Made by a program: the position numbers and the translations under genes
From: Acidimicrobiales bacterium
Lineage (GTDB): Bacteria; Actinomycetota; Acidimicrobiia; Acidimicrobiales; SHLQ01
DNA: 64,000 nt
Assembly (NCBI GenBank): GCA_020628865.1
Contig: JAHDEJ010000017.1
Location: 1,534 to 65,533, forward strand
Direction of reading: 5' to 3'
Notes under the pieces: model-generated
Database searches by the model: none
What the model saw: only the letters and a program-made list of their open reading frames with translations
Told to the model about the DNA's origin: nothing
Shown here: positions 18,711 to 28,329 of the stretch, piece after piece
Position numbering within the stretch: position 1 is the stretch's first letter
Layout of the letters: the number at the start of each line of letters is the position of its first letter

Positions 18711-20110
18711 CGTACACCCCACCGATGAGCAACGACGATTTCCGTCGTGCCGGCCACGAGCTGATCGACTGGATCGCCGACTACTGGGAGACGGTCGAGC
18801 AACGCCCGGTGCTGAGCCAGGTGGCGCCGGGAGACATTCGAGCCTCCCTGCCCACCGAACCGCCGGCCGAACCCGAGTCGTGGGACGCGATCATGGCCGA
18901 CGTCGACGAGTTGATCATGCCCGGCATCACCCACTGGCAATCGCCGAACTTCTTCGCCTACTTCCCGGCGAACGCCTCGCCGCCATCGGTCCTCGGGGAA
19001 CTGCTGTCAGCGGGGCTCGGTGTACAGGGAATGCTGTGGGCGACCTCGCCCGCCTGCACCGAGCTCGAGACGCACGTGTTGGACTGGATGCTCGACCTCT
19101 GCGGTCTGCCGGACCGGTTTCGTTCCGGAGGGCCCGGCGGCGGCACGATCCAGGACTCAGCGTCGAGCGCAGCGCTCGTGGCGATCCTCGCTGCGCGTGA
19201 GCGGGTGGCCGGCCAGTGGCGCATGGACCAGATGGTCGCCTACACCTCGGAGCACGCACACTCGTCGGCCGAGAAGGGCATCCGGATCGCGGGCATGTTC
19301 CCCGAACAGCTCCGCCAGATTCCGTCCGACGGCACCCATGCGATGGACCCGGTCAAGCTCCGCGAAGCGATGCTCGCCGACATCATCGAGGACCGTCGCC
19401 CGTTCTTCGTGCAGGCCACGACCGGCACCACCAGCTCGACGGCCCTCGATCCGATCGATGAGATCGCCGATGTGTGCAAGGAGTTCGGTGCATGGCTTCA
19501 CGTGGACGGGGCGTTCGCCGGGTCGGCTGCGGTTGCACCCGAGTACCGGTTCGTCAACGCCGGCCTCGAGCGAGTCGACAGCTATTGCTTCAACCCGCAC
19601 AAGTGGCTGCTGACCAACTTCGACTGTTCGCTCTTCTGGGTGGCCGACCGGGGCCCGATGACCTCGGCCCTCAGCATCGTTCCCGAGTATCTGCGCAATG
19701 CGGCGAGCGACGCCGGCTCCGTGATCGACTATCGAGACTGGCAGATCCCGCTCGGCCGCCGTTTCCGGGCGCTCAAACTGTGGTTCGTGATCCGGACCCA
19801 CGGCGCCGCCGGACTCGCGGACTTCATCCGGAACCATGTCCACATGGCGCAAGCACTCGCCGAGCGCATCCACGGGCACCCGAGCTACGAACTCGTCGCA
19901 CCCACGCCGCTCTCTCTCGTGACCTTCCGGCACACGGGCGGCGACGAGGACAACGAGCGCATCCGAGACACGATCAACTCGGATGGCGAGGCGTACCTCA
20001 CGCACACCCGCCTCGCCGATCAGACCGTGCTTCGTGTCGCCATCGGTGCGGTGCGCACCGAACAACGCCACATCGACGCGTTGTTCGATCGTCTCGACGA
20101 ACTGGCCTGA
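18707..20110 (+). CDS. group II PLP-dependent aromatic-L-amino-acid/tyrosine decarboxylase
   Basis: ATG 18707 overlaps the NUDIX stop (ATGA). Motifs include HWQSPNFFAYFP, the PLP-lysine context NPHKWLL and YRDWQIPLGRRFRALKLW. Confidence 0.9.
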   Translation: MTYTPPMSNDDFRRAGHELIDWIADYWETVEQRPVLSQVAPGDIRASLPTEPPAEPESWDAIMADVDELIMPGITHWQSPNFFAYFPANASPPSVLGELLSAGLGVQGMLWATSPACTELETHVLDWMLDLCGLPDRFRSGGPGGGTIQDSASSAALVAILAARERVAGQWRMDQMVAYTSEHAHSSAEKGIRIAGMFPEQLRQIPSDGTHAMDPVKLREAMLADIIEDRRPFFVQATTGTTSSTALDPIDEIADVCKEFGAWLHVDGAFAGSAAVAPEYRFVNAGLERVDSYCFNPHKWLLTNFDCSLFWVADRGPMTSALSIVPEYLRNAASDAGSVIDYRDWQIPLGRRFRALKLWFVIRTHGAAGLADFIRNHVHMAQALAERIHGHPSYELVAPTPLSLVTFRHTGGDEDNERIRDTINSDGEAYLTHTRLADQTVLRVAIGAVRTEQRHIDALFDRLDELA

Positions 20111-20149
20111 GTCTTCACCGGGTGGCGGCGAGTGCGCCCCGCCGCCTCA

Positions 20150-21193
20150 TCATGCCGCTCGAGATGACTCGTCGACGGCGTATGTCCGAGCCATTGCGGA
20201 CAGCGCTTGACCCTCCGCCGAGTGTTCGCCAACACCGCGGAAGCGGCGAACGAGGGGCCGGATCCGATTCAGCGATCGCGCATTGCGGCTCTCCAGCTCC
20301 AACTGCGTCGTTCGTACCGCCGCGAAGGCGATGGCCTTCTCGCGATGCGAGGAGCTTCGGTGCCGTGGTTCGTAACCAAGGGCGAGCATTTTCGGCCTGC
20401 AGACCGTTTCGATGGCTCGGATCTGCCCGGCATCGAGATGGTCAGCCCAATCGCGCCGCTTGGTCGGTCGTTCTCGGAGTCGGGCGTGTGCGTCGCCGTC
20501 GGTTCTCGAACCGAGCGTCGCAACTCGGCCGTTCTGGTACTGGAGCATCGATGCCTCGAATGGGAGGTCGACGAGTGCGCAGATCCGCCGGAGGCTGCGT
20601 TCCGGGTCGTTCGTGAGATCTCGGTAGCCGATCTCCAGGAATCGGTGCTCGCCGAGCGCGCGAGCCCGTTGCGCTCCGCGGACGCTCAGCGCCCAGTACG
20701 CGGCGGCTCGTGGCGCTGTCCGGTAGCTCCAGTTGGCATCGAGATAGGAGGCCACGACCTCTCGAGGGTCTCGATGGAGGTGGATGAAGACGGCTTCGGG
20801 AAACAGCGTCGACAACCGGTCAACGGCGAACGCGTAGGCCGGAGTCTTGTCTGCCCACCGGGTCTTGCCGACCGACTCGGCGTGGCAGCGGTAGACCACG
20901 CGCAGAGCATCCGCGAGCGTCTCGGGTGCGGAGTCGTCGAGCGCAGCACGAACGGTGGCGCGCTCGATGTAGAACGACCAGAACCGGGTATCGCCGAACA
21001 ACTCGTCTTCGAAGGCTGCACGGTCGAAGCGGCCATCCCGAACGAAGCGGTCACGCCGTCGAGCGAGCTGATCGAGAAGATAGGTCTCACCCGGAATCGC
21101 CATGGCCGAATGGCTGTCGAGCATCGCTCGAAGAAGCGTGGTGCCCGAACGGCCGGCGCCGATGATGAAGGGAAACGGAGCGTCCGTAGTCAT
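20150..21193 (-). CDS. PAPS-dependent sulfotransferase family protein
   Basis: The 5'-PSB loop is PFIIGAGRSGTTLL and the 3'-PB region is FIHLHRDPREVVAS. It is the last gene of the co-directional glycan cluster, and its start overlaps the PGT stop. Confidence 0.75.
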   Translation of the reverse strand: MTTDAPFPFIIGAGRSGTTLLRAMLDSHSAMAIPGETYLLDQLARRRDRFVRDGRFDRAAFEDELFGDTRFWSFYIERATVRAALDDSAPETLADALRVVYRCHAESVGKTRWADKTPAYAFAVDRLSTLFPEAVFIHLHRDPREVVASYLDANWSYRTAPRAAAYWALSVRGAQRARALGEHRFLEIGYRDLTNDPERSLRRICALVDLPFEASMLQYQNGRVATLGSRTDGDAHARLRERPTKRRDWADHLDAGQIRAIETVCRPKMLALGYEPRHRSSSHREKAIAFAAVRTTQLELESRNARSLNRIRPLVRRFRGVGEHSAEGQALSAMARTYAVDESSRAA

Positions 21194-22521
21194 CGCCCGA
21201 GACCTCCGGCGACCTCGCGCAGGGTTCGGCCGACGATGCGGAGGTCGAAGGTGATCGACTGTCGCCGCAGATAGTAGAAGTCGTACTGCAGCTTCTCGAG
21301 TGCGTCGGTCTCGGACGAGGTGTAGCCGAGCTTGACCTGGGCCCAGCCGGTGAGCCCCGGACGCACGATGTGGCGTTCGTCGTAGAAGGGGATCTTGGTC
21401 CGGAGCTCCTCGACGTAGGCCGTCTGCTCGGGCCGGGGACCGACGATCGACAGTTGACCGCGCAGGACGTTGATCGCCTGCGGGAGCTCGTCGACGTGCA
21501 GGCGGCGGAGCAGGTTGCCGAACGACGTCACCCGGGGGTCGTGGTCTTCAGTCCAGACCTGATCGTCGGTGCCTTCGCGCATCGTCCGGAACTTGAGCAT
21601 GGTGAACGCAACGCCGTGCTTGCCGATGCGTTCCTGTCGAAACAGCAGCGGTCCACGGTTCCCGGCCAGATTGGCGATGAGGATGAGCGGCGTGAGAACG
21701 ACGAGTGCGGCACAGCAGAGCAGGCCGAACGCAATGTCCATCACTCGCTTCGCTCTGCCGTAGCTGACGCGATGCAGTTCTCCAATGTCGAAGAGCATGG
21801 AGACTTGTGCAAGTTCGCTCAGTGGAAGCTTCCCGAGCCATTCCTCGTAGAAGAGCGACAAGGTGCGAACTCTGATCCCGGCGCGGTGGGCAGTTGCCAC
21901 CTGCTCGACGACCGTGTCGTCATTCTGCGCAGCGCGATCCAGCACGATCACGGTCGGGTCGAGGACCTCGAGGCTCTCGGCCACCGGAGAGCCTCCATCG
22001 CTCCGGATCCTTGCGTCTTCGACGTCGATCACGCCCACGACAACTGCGTTCACCTCGACGCGCTGCTCGAGGTCGGCACGGAGTGCAGCGACGTCCTGTG
22101 GACGGTCGGTGATGACGAGCACGCGGTCCCGTCGGGTGGACCATCGCTCCACATCGACTGCGACGTTCCAGACGAGCAGCGACCACAGCGGCACGATCGA
22201 AGCGATCAGAAGCAGCGACGACCGGGGAAGCAGAGATGCGGCGAGCATCAGCTGCAGCAGGGACAGCCCGGCGATTCCCACGGCGACCGCGCCACTGCTT
22301 CGCAAGAACGCCTCGGTGCGAGAACGGGGGTGCTCAGGGAGGCCGAGGCTGTATCCACCGACGACGACAAGTCCGGCGAGCAACACCCACCAGCCGGCCG
22401 ACGACACATCGCTGTTGCCATAGCGGGCCGGCCCGAACACCTCGACGTAGGCGATGCGCGATGCGCCGATCGTGACGAGGACTCCGAGCGCCTGGAGGGC
22501 GTGTACGACACTCCGTTTCAT
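21190..22521 (-). CDS. polyprenyl-phosphate glycosyl-1-phosphate transferase (WbaP/EpsB-type bacterial sugar transferase), initiating enzyme
   Basis: N-terminal TM helices and a linker domain are followed by a C-terminal catalytic core: KRVMDIAFG, LLFRQERIGKHG, LKFRTM, DELPQ and IVGPRP. Confidence 0.85.
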   Translation of the reverse strand: MKRSVVHALQALGVLVTIGASRIAYVEVFGPARYGNSDVSSAGWWVLLAGLVVVGGYSLGLPEHPRSRTEAFLRSSGAVAVGIAGLSLLQLMLAASLLPRSSLLLIASIVPLWSLLVWNVAVDVERWSTRRDRVLVITDRPQDVAALRADLEQRVEVNAVVVGVIDVEDARIRSDGGSPVAESLEVLDPTVIVLDRAAQNDDTVVEQVATAHRAGIRVRTLSLFYEEWLGKLPLSELAQVSMLFDIGELHRVSYGRAKRVMDIAFGLLCCAALVVLTPLILIANLAGNRGPLLFRQERIGKHGVAFTMLKFRTMREGTDDQVWTEDHDPRVTSFGNLLRRLHVDELPQAINVLRGQLSIVGPRPEQTAYVEELRTKIPFYDERHIVRPGLTGWAQVKLGYTSSETDALEKLQYDFYYLRRQSITFDLRIVGRTLREVAGGLGR

Positions 22522-23813
22522 GGCTGGCCGATCGCTTGCGGGTCGATGGAAGCGTTCGCTGAGTCATCCGTCGCCGGACCGTCTTGACGGGAGACGGCGT
22601 GCAACACGAAGACCAGCAGAAGGAGTTGCCCGGCGACCATCGCTCCGCTGTAGGCCCAGACGGTCTGCAGCGGCCCCCAACTTTTCGCTTCCGCCAGAGC
22701 GAATGCGGCGAGTACCAGCACGAAGCGAGCGATGTTGCGGACGAGTTCGGTGCGCTGGCGATCGGTGATCCACATGACGCTTGCGACCGGTGCGACCACG
22801 ATGCTTGCGCCGATGGCCGGGAGAAGCGCGCGGGCGTAGTCGCCGGCAGCGTCCCATTCGGCGCCGAAGACGAGTGGCACCAGGGACGGCGCCAGGAACA
22901 TCCCGAGGCCGCACGCCGGGATGGCGGCCGCAGCGAGGCCGGCAACCGTGCGACGAGTGAGGGATGCGAGCTCTGCGGCGTCGGTGCGGGCCAGGGCACC
23001 ACCGCGATGCAGAAACGCCTGGTGAAGACTGTCGGTGAGAAGGTTGGCCGGGAGCACGGTGATGCGATACGCAAGGTAGAACGCGCCGGCACTCGCCTGA
23101 CCGAACAGGGCGAGGAGTGCGATCGTCGGGAGCTCGAGTGCGCCTCGATTGAACAGCGCGGACCACACGCTGAAGAGTGGGAAGCGTCGGTATCGGCGTA
23201 GCTGCTCCTTCATCGTCGAACCCGATGCCTGGGTGGTCGACGGGCTCGTCGAGAGCAGGAGTGATGCGGCGACGTATCCGATGAGGGGTCCGAGAGCGAG
23301 GCCGAGTCCGCCGAGGCCGAGAGGCGCCAAAGCGAGCTGCGTGATCGCGGTCCCGACGCCGAGCGCGACTCGAGCGCGGCCGGCCGTGGCGAACTGATCG
23401 TGTCGAACAGCCAGATGTGTCCGGATGTTGAAAGCCCCGATTGCGAGGGCCGAGGGTGCCAACAACCATGCGGTCACGCCGAGCGGCGTGATGAGGAAGC
23501 TGTCGTTGGCGGCAGCGACGACGGCCAGTATGAGCATTGCGATGGCGACGACCGACACGTCCGCAAGGCGTGCCACCGCCACGGCATCCTCGTCCGAGGA
23601 CGGCAGCGGAATCGCGAGTTCGAGGCGGAGTGTCGCAACGAGCCCGAGAATTGCAGCAGTTGCGAAGAACGCGCCAAAGAGCCCGAATGCCTCCGGCGAA
23701 TACCATCGCGTCAGGATGGGCGCGGCCGCAAGCAGCGCGACCTGTCCGAGCGCGGCGCCTGAGGCGACCGTCGCAGCACGTCGCAGAAGCCCGTTGGGGC
23801 GGTCACCGTTCAC
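22518..23813 (-). CDS. MOP/Wzx-type polysaccharide flippase
   Basis: GTG 23813 overlaps the AsnB stop (GTGA). The product is about 430 aa, with roughly 12 predicted TM helices and a LLRRAATVASGAALGQV...LTRWYSPEAFG N-terminus typical of Wzx. Confidence 0.7.
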   Translation of the reverse strand: MNGDRPNGLLRRAATVASGAALGQVALLAAAPILTRWYSPEAFGLFGAFFATAAILGLVATLRLELAIPLPSSDEDAVAVARLADVSVVAIAMLILAVVAAANDSFLITPLGVTAWLLAPSALAIGAFNIRTHLAVRHDQFATAGRARVALGVGTAITQLALAPLGLGGLGLALGPLIGYVAASLLLSTSPSTTQASGSTMKEQLRRYRRFPLFSVWSALFNRGALELPTIALLALFGQASAGAFYLAYRITVLPANLLTDSLHQAFLHRGGALARTDAAELASLTRRTVAGLAAAAIPACGLGMFLAPSLVPLVFGAEWDAAGDYARALLPAIGASIVVAPVASVMWITDRQRTELVRNIARFVLVLAAFALAEAKSWGPLQTVWAYSGAMVAGQLLLLVFVLHAVSRQDGPATDDSANASIDPQAIGQP

Positions 23814-25624
23814 GGCAGTTCGAGTCCGTACACGTCGATGAAGCGACTGATGCTGAGGCGGACCCACGGGTTGATCGCCGAGGCGTTTTCGCCATGGAGC
23901 ACGCCGAGCTCGACGAGATGTGCGGTCGCAGCGTCGATCTGTTCGACCAACTTCGATTGTGCCAGCCACGTGTCGGTCGGAACGTCGAATGCGGACTTCT
24001 CTCTCCGCCACAGGACCTCGTCGGGAACGCGCCCCTGCATGGACCGTCGCAGCTGATGCTTGGTCCAGCCGACGGTCGCCCCGTTGGCCCAGTTCGACCG
24101 AAGGCCGATTTCCACCATTTCGGGGTCGAGGAAGGGAAGTCGCACTTCTCGACTCCACGCCATCGAGTTGCGGTCGGCGTACCGAAGCAGGCGCGGCAGA
24201 ATCGAGCGGTCGAGGTCGCCGACGCGGCCACGTTGAAGCGGGCCGGTTGCGGCGGTTGAACCGATGGGGTCGTCGGGCATGGCTGTGTGGAGAGCGGGAC
24301 CGAGAATCGCAGCTCGTCGGCGCCTGAGGACGTCCAACAGGAGACCGCGGACGTGGTCATTGACGAGGTAGCCGAGGATCTTGGAGCTTGCGCCATCTCG
24401 CACGTTCCGACGTCCGTGGGACGACCGCAGTGCCGATGTCACCGTGACAAGGTGTCCGTCGCGTGCTGCTTGGAGCAACGCGAGGGTCGAGTGCTTTGCG
24501 TAACCACCCCACGTCTCGTCAGCTCCTTGCCCATCCAGAAGCACGGTGACGCCAGCGGCGGCCGCCGCCTGCATGACGCACCATTGTGCGTAGACCGAGG
24601 GCATGTCGAACGGTGCACCCTGATGGCGGATCAGGTCGTCGAGGTCGCCGAGAAACCCATCCACGGAAGGTTCGACACGGTGCAGGTCCACATCGAAACG
24701 GTCGGCGACCAGCGCCGCTCGGTCGTACTCGTCCCCGGGATGTCCGGGGAAGGAGGCCGTGAATGCGACGAGCGAGCGGTCGGGATCGACGGCCCGGATG
24801 GAGGCGACGATGGAAGCGCTGTCGACACCGCCGGAAAGGCTGGTGCCGACGGAGACGTCGCTTCGGAGTCGAAGCGCGACCGCACGTTCGAGCGCGGCCT
24901 GGACGTCAGCGTCCGACGCCGGCGCCGACGTGCGGGTCTCGTCGAGAAGATCGGCGGTGGACCAGTACGGCTGCGCAACTCGCCCGTTGTGGTCGAGGTG
25001 CACGATGTGTCCGGGAGGGATGAGTTCGATCCCGTCGAACCACGTTCGGGTGCCCGGGTCGGTGTCTCCGTAGACCAGCAGGCCGGCGAGTGCGTTGGTG
25101 TCAAGGCGTCCCGAACCCACGCCGGCGGCACGAAGTGCGGCCGGTTCGGACGCAAACCACCACGCACCTGACTTGTCCTGGCCGATGTGGAGGGGCTTCT
25201 CCCCGAAGCGATCGCGAGCGAGGGTCACCCCCGACCGAGCGGGGTCGAGCACGGCCACGGCCCACATGCCGTTGCAGCGTCGGAAGACGTCCTCTCCCCA
25301 CTCGACCCAGCCGTGGAGGAGTACTTCGGTGTCGCCGCTCGTCTCGAAGCGATGGCCGAGCTGTTCGAGCTCGACGCGGAGTTCGCGGTAGTTGTAGATC
25401 TCGCCGTTGAAGACGATCCGCACCCCGCCAGGGTGGGTCATCGGTTGATCAGAGCGTTCGTCGAGGTCCAGGATCGACAGCCGACGGAATCCCAACCATC
25501 CGGTTGGGCCCCATGAATCGCCCTCGGCATCGGGGCCCCGATGGCGAAGGGACTCGAGCGCGGCGGCGCGTCGTTCCGGCGGAGGCGCGTTCCTCAGGCC
25601 GATCGTGCCGATGAAGCCGCACAT
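23810..25624 (-). CDS. asparagine synthase (glutamine-hydrolysing)-like amidotransferase (AsnB/WbpS-like)
   Basis: The start is set at MCGFIG (a class II GATase needs Cys2). The PP-loop SLSGGVDS is present, and the product is about 604 aa. Confidence 0.9.
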   Translation of the reverse strand: MCGFIGTIGLRNAPPPERRAAALESLRHRGPDAEGDSWGPTGWLGFRRLSILDLDERSDQPMTHPGGVRIVFNGEIYNYRELRVELEQLGHRFETSGDTEVLLHGWVEWGEDVFRRCNGMWAVAVLDPARSGVTLARDRFGEKPLHIGQDKSGAWWFASEPAALRAAGVGSGRLDTNALAGLLVYGDTDPGTRTWFDGIELIPPGHIVHLDHNGRVAQPYWSTADLLDETRTSAPASDADVQAALERAVALRLRSDVSVGTSLSGGVDSASIVASIRAVDPDRSLVAFTASFPGHPGDEYDRAALVADRFDVDLHRVEPSVDGFLGDLDDLIRHQGAPFDMPSVYAQWCVMQAAAAAGVTVLLDGQGADETWGGYAKHSTLALLQAARDGHLVTVTSALRSSHGRRNVRDGASSKILGYLVNDHVRGLLLDVLRRRRAAILGPALHTAMPDDPIGSTAATGPLQRGRVGDLDRSILPRLLRYADRNSMAWSREVRLPFLDPEMVEIGLRSNWANGATVGWTKHQLRRSMQGRVPDEVLWRREKSAFDVPTDTWLAQSKLVEQIDAATAHLVELGVLHGENASAINPWVRLSISRFIDVYGLELP

Positions 25625-25625
25625 G

Positions 25626-26708
25626 TCAGACCGGCCGCAGGGCCCGATCGAGACGCTGGGTGACCTCGTCGACATCCTCGAGGGACATCAGGGGGTCCAT
25701 CGGCAGTGAGAGGATCTCTTGGGCCGCGGTCTCTGCGCCGGGACACGTTGGTGTCGATGTGGCGAGCCAGGGCTGAAGGGAGAGCGGTACGGGGTAGTGG
25801 ATGCCGGTGGCAACCTTTGCGTCCGCAAGGTGCTGCTGCACGGCATCGCGGTCGTCGAAACGGGCGACGAGAAGGTGGTGGACGGCGCCATCGTTCCACG
25901 GCACGAGTCGGTCGCCGATGAGCGACCGGTAGTGCTCGGCCACGGCGACGCGTGCGGCCGTCCACTCCGGGAGATGGCGGAGTTTGACGTCGAGAATGGC
26001 CGCCTGAATGCCATCGAGACGTGAGCAGTAACCGACGACATCGTGGGTGTACTTGCTCGTCCGACCGTGGTCCCGGATGCGTTGGACTTCTTCGACCACT
26101 GCTTCGTCGGCGGAGATCACCATTCCGCCGTCGCCGAAGGCGCCGAGGTTCTTGCCCGGGTAGAAGCTGAAGCATGCCGCGTGGCCGATCGATCCGACGG
26201 GATGCTGCTCCGTCGTGCCGAGGTGGGCCTGTGCTGCGTCCTCGATGACGATGAGCCCCTCCTCTCGCCAGTGGCGAAGGTGCACGGCCGGCACGATGTG
26301 GCCATACAGGTGGACGGGGAGTACGGCCCGGGTGTTGGCTGTGCGAACCGCATCGACGGTTTCGGGGGTGAGGAGGAGTGTCACTGGATCGACATCGGCG
26401 ACGACCGGTGTGCCGCCGGCGTGCACGACGGCCTCGGCGGTGGCGATGAACGTCATGGCCGGGACGATGACCTCATCACCGGAAGAGATCCCGAGTGCTT
26501 TCAGCGCAAGGGTGAGTGCGTCGGTGCCCGAGCCACACCCGGCCCCCGAACCCGTGTGATGGGCTGCACCGAAACGTTCTTCGAAGCCGGCGATGGCGTT
26601 CTTGCCGACGAAGGCACCACGCTCGATGGTCGAACGAATGGCCTCTTGCACCTCATCATCGATGGATCGATGGAGGCGTTGCAGGTCGAGGAAGGGGATG
26701 TTGTTCAC
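25626..26708 (-). CDS. DegT/DnrJ/EryC1/StrS-family sugar aminotransferase (WbpE/GnnB-like)
   Basis: GTG 26708 overlaps the acetyltransferase stop. Motifs are GSGTDAL, DAAQAHG-like IEDAAQAH, and FSFYPGKNLGAFGDGG (PLP lysine). Confidence 0.9.
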   Translation of the reverse strand: MNNIPFLDLQRLHRSIDDEVQEAIRSTIERGAFVGKNAIAGFEERFGAAHHTGSGAGCGSGTDALTLALKALGISSGDEVIVPAMTFIATAEAVVHAGGTPVVADVDPVTLLLTPETVDAVRTANTRAVLPVHLYGHIVPAVHLRHWREEGLIVIEDAAQAHLGTTEQHPVGSIGHAACFSFYPGKNLGAFGDGGMVISADEAVVEEVQRIRDHGRTSKYTHDVVGYCSRLDGIQAAILDVKLRHLPEWTAARVAVAEHYRSLIGDRLVPWNDGAVHHLLVARFDDRDAVQQHLADAKVATGIHYPVPLSLQPWLATSTPTCPGAETAAQEILSLPMDPLMSLEDVDEVTQRLDRALRPV

Positions 26709-27277
26709 AGCGATGTTCCTGGGTTTCCGACGATGACCGATCCGGCCGGCACGTCTTTGGTTACGACAGCGCCGGCGCCGATGAGTGCGCCTTCGCCGAT
26801 TTCGATTCCCGGCAGCAGCACGCTGCCGGCACCAACGGTGGCGCCCGCCCGAAGCGTGACGCCGGTGAGGTTCTCTTTCGTGTCTTCGCGATTGGGGAAC
26901 TTGGCGTTCGTGACGATGACGCCGGGGCCGAGCCACACGCCGTCCTCGAGGACGCTCAGTTCCGGCACGAAGCAGCGACTGTGCAGTCGGACGCCATCGC
27001 CCAACGTCACCGTGTGTTCCACCACGGTGTGGCTGCCCACGGACACGTTCCGGCCGAACCGGCAGTGCTCGCGCACGAGCGTGCCGTGGCCGAGATGCAG
27101 TCCGTCGCCGAAACTGCTGCCGCGGTACACGACGGCGTGGCTCCGGCAGATGGCCGAGCCGTCGAAGGTCGGTGTGTCGAGCTTGGGTTGGTCGATGCCG
27201 ACGACCGCGTAGGGGCCAAGTTCGAGGCCGTCGTGGTCGGCGAGCTCGTCGGCGAAGATCGCGGTGGCGTGCTTCAT
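26705..27277 (-). CDS. left-handed beta-helix (hexapeptide) sugar N-acetyltransferase (WbpD-like)
   Basis: The start is at MKHATAIF (ATGA overlap with the upstream stop). Hexapeptide repeats run throughout, ending GAGAVVTKDVPAGSVIVGNPG. Confidence 0.8.
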   Translation of the reverse strand: MKHATAIFADELADHDGLELGPYAVVGIDQPKLDTPTFDGSAICRSHAVVYRGSSFGDGLHLGHGTLVREHCRFGRNVSVGSHTVVEHTVTLGDGVRLHSRCFVPELSVLEDGVWLGPGVIVTNAKFPNREDTKENLTGVTLRAGATVGAGSVLLPGIEIGEGALIGAGAVVTKDVPAGSVIVGNPGTSL

Positions 27278-28329
27278 GCGGCGATCGCCACGTCGGTCGG
27301 GCCCCGGTCGATCGAGACGGGCCGTCCACCGTCCTGCGCAGACGCGTCGATCGCGGCGAGAACCTGGACGACTTCGAGGCCGTGTCGGCCGTCGGTCGGT
27401 ACCGGTTCTCCGCCGGCGGCGGCGACGCCGAAGGCGTTGATCTCGGCGCGGAGCGGTTCGACCATCGGCACGCGGGGAATCGAGATGTCGCCGGCTCGGG
27501 TGCGCCACTGGAAGTCACCGAGGGACTCGTATTCGCCGAGTGTTGAGTCGCGGGCGACGCCGCTGTCGACCATCCAAAGGGGCTGGTCGGCGCTGACGTC
27601 GTTGTAGATCGCCATCTTCTCGTCGCCGACGACGGTCATCAGTCGGGTCTTGCGAGGGTCGATCCAGCTGACGTGAAGGTTGGCGCCGATGCCGGATGGG
27701 TACGTGAGGCTGGCGAAACAGACGTCGTCGATGCCCTGCTGAATGAACGAGAACCCCTTCGCCGTGACCTCGACGGGTGTTTCACCGAGCAGATGGTTCA
27801 TGATCGAGATGTCGTGCGGGGCGAAGTTCCACAACGCGTTCGTGTCCCGACGGATGCGTCCGAGTGACAGGCGCTGCGAGTAGAGGTACTGAACGGCCCC
27901 GAGTTCGCGGGTGTCGATCCAGTTCTTCAGGTGCTTGACCGGATTCGAGTAGAGGAACGTGTGGCCGACCATGAGCAGCAGCCCCCTGGAGTCGGCCTCA
28001 TCGACGAGTTCCTGTGCGTGCGCAACCGTCTCGGACAGCGGCTTTTCGACCATCAGGTGCCGGTTGGCCCGGAGCACGTCCATGCCGAGTCCATGGTGTG
28101 TGCTGGCCGGTGTGGCGAGCACGACGGCTTCGACTCGCTCATCGGCGAGCACCTGATCGAGATTGCTCCAGACGTCGGCGTCCGGGTGGTTCTGGGCCAG
28201 GACGGCCTGCCGATCGGGGTCCGGGTCGCACACACCGACGAGGTGGGTGGAGTCTGCACCGGCGACGTTGCGGGCGAGGTTGACGCCCCAGTAGCCGTAG
28301 CCGATCACGGCGGTTCCGATGGTGGTCAT
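27274..28329 (-). CDS. Gfo/Idh/MocA NAD-dependent sugar oxidoreductase (WbpB/GnnA-like)
   Basis: The start is at MTTIGTAVIGYGYWG (Rossmann motif). The EKP motif (MVEKPLS) is present, and the start overlaps the GT2 stop. Confidence 0.85.
   Translation of the reverse strand: MTTIGTAVIGYGYWGVNLARNVAGADSTHLVGVCDPDPDRQAVLAQNHPDADVWSNLDQVLADERVEAVVLATPASTHHGLGMDVLRANRHLMVEKPLSETVAHAQELVDEADSRGLLLMVGHTFLYSNPVKHLKNWIDTRELGAVQYLYSQRLSLGRIRRDTNALWNFAPHDISIMNHLLGETPVEVTAKGFSFIQQGIDDVCFASLTYPSGIGANLHVSWIDPRKTRLMTVVGDEKMAIYNDVSADQPLWMVDSGVARDSTLGEYESLGDFQWRTRAGDISIPRVPMVEPLRAEINAFGVAAAGGEPVPTDGRHGLEVVQVLAAIDASAQDGGRPVSIDRGPTDVAIAA

Noticed and set aside
27290-27310. An apparent one-base discrepancy in a G/C run (ggggcccc) when I hand-translated across this point, which could have suggested a frameshift in the acetyltransferase or oxidoreductase junction.
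   Set aside because: Three independent ORF-track entries read through this position in consistent frames, so I attribute it to my own miscount of the homopolymer. No frameshift is claimed. Hand-derived coordinates near here follow the ORF track.
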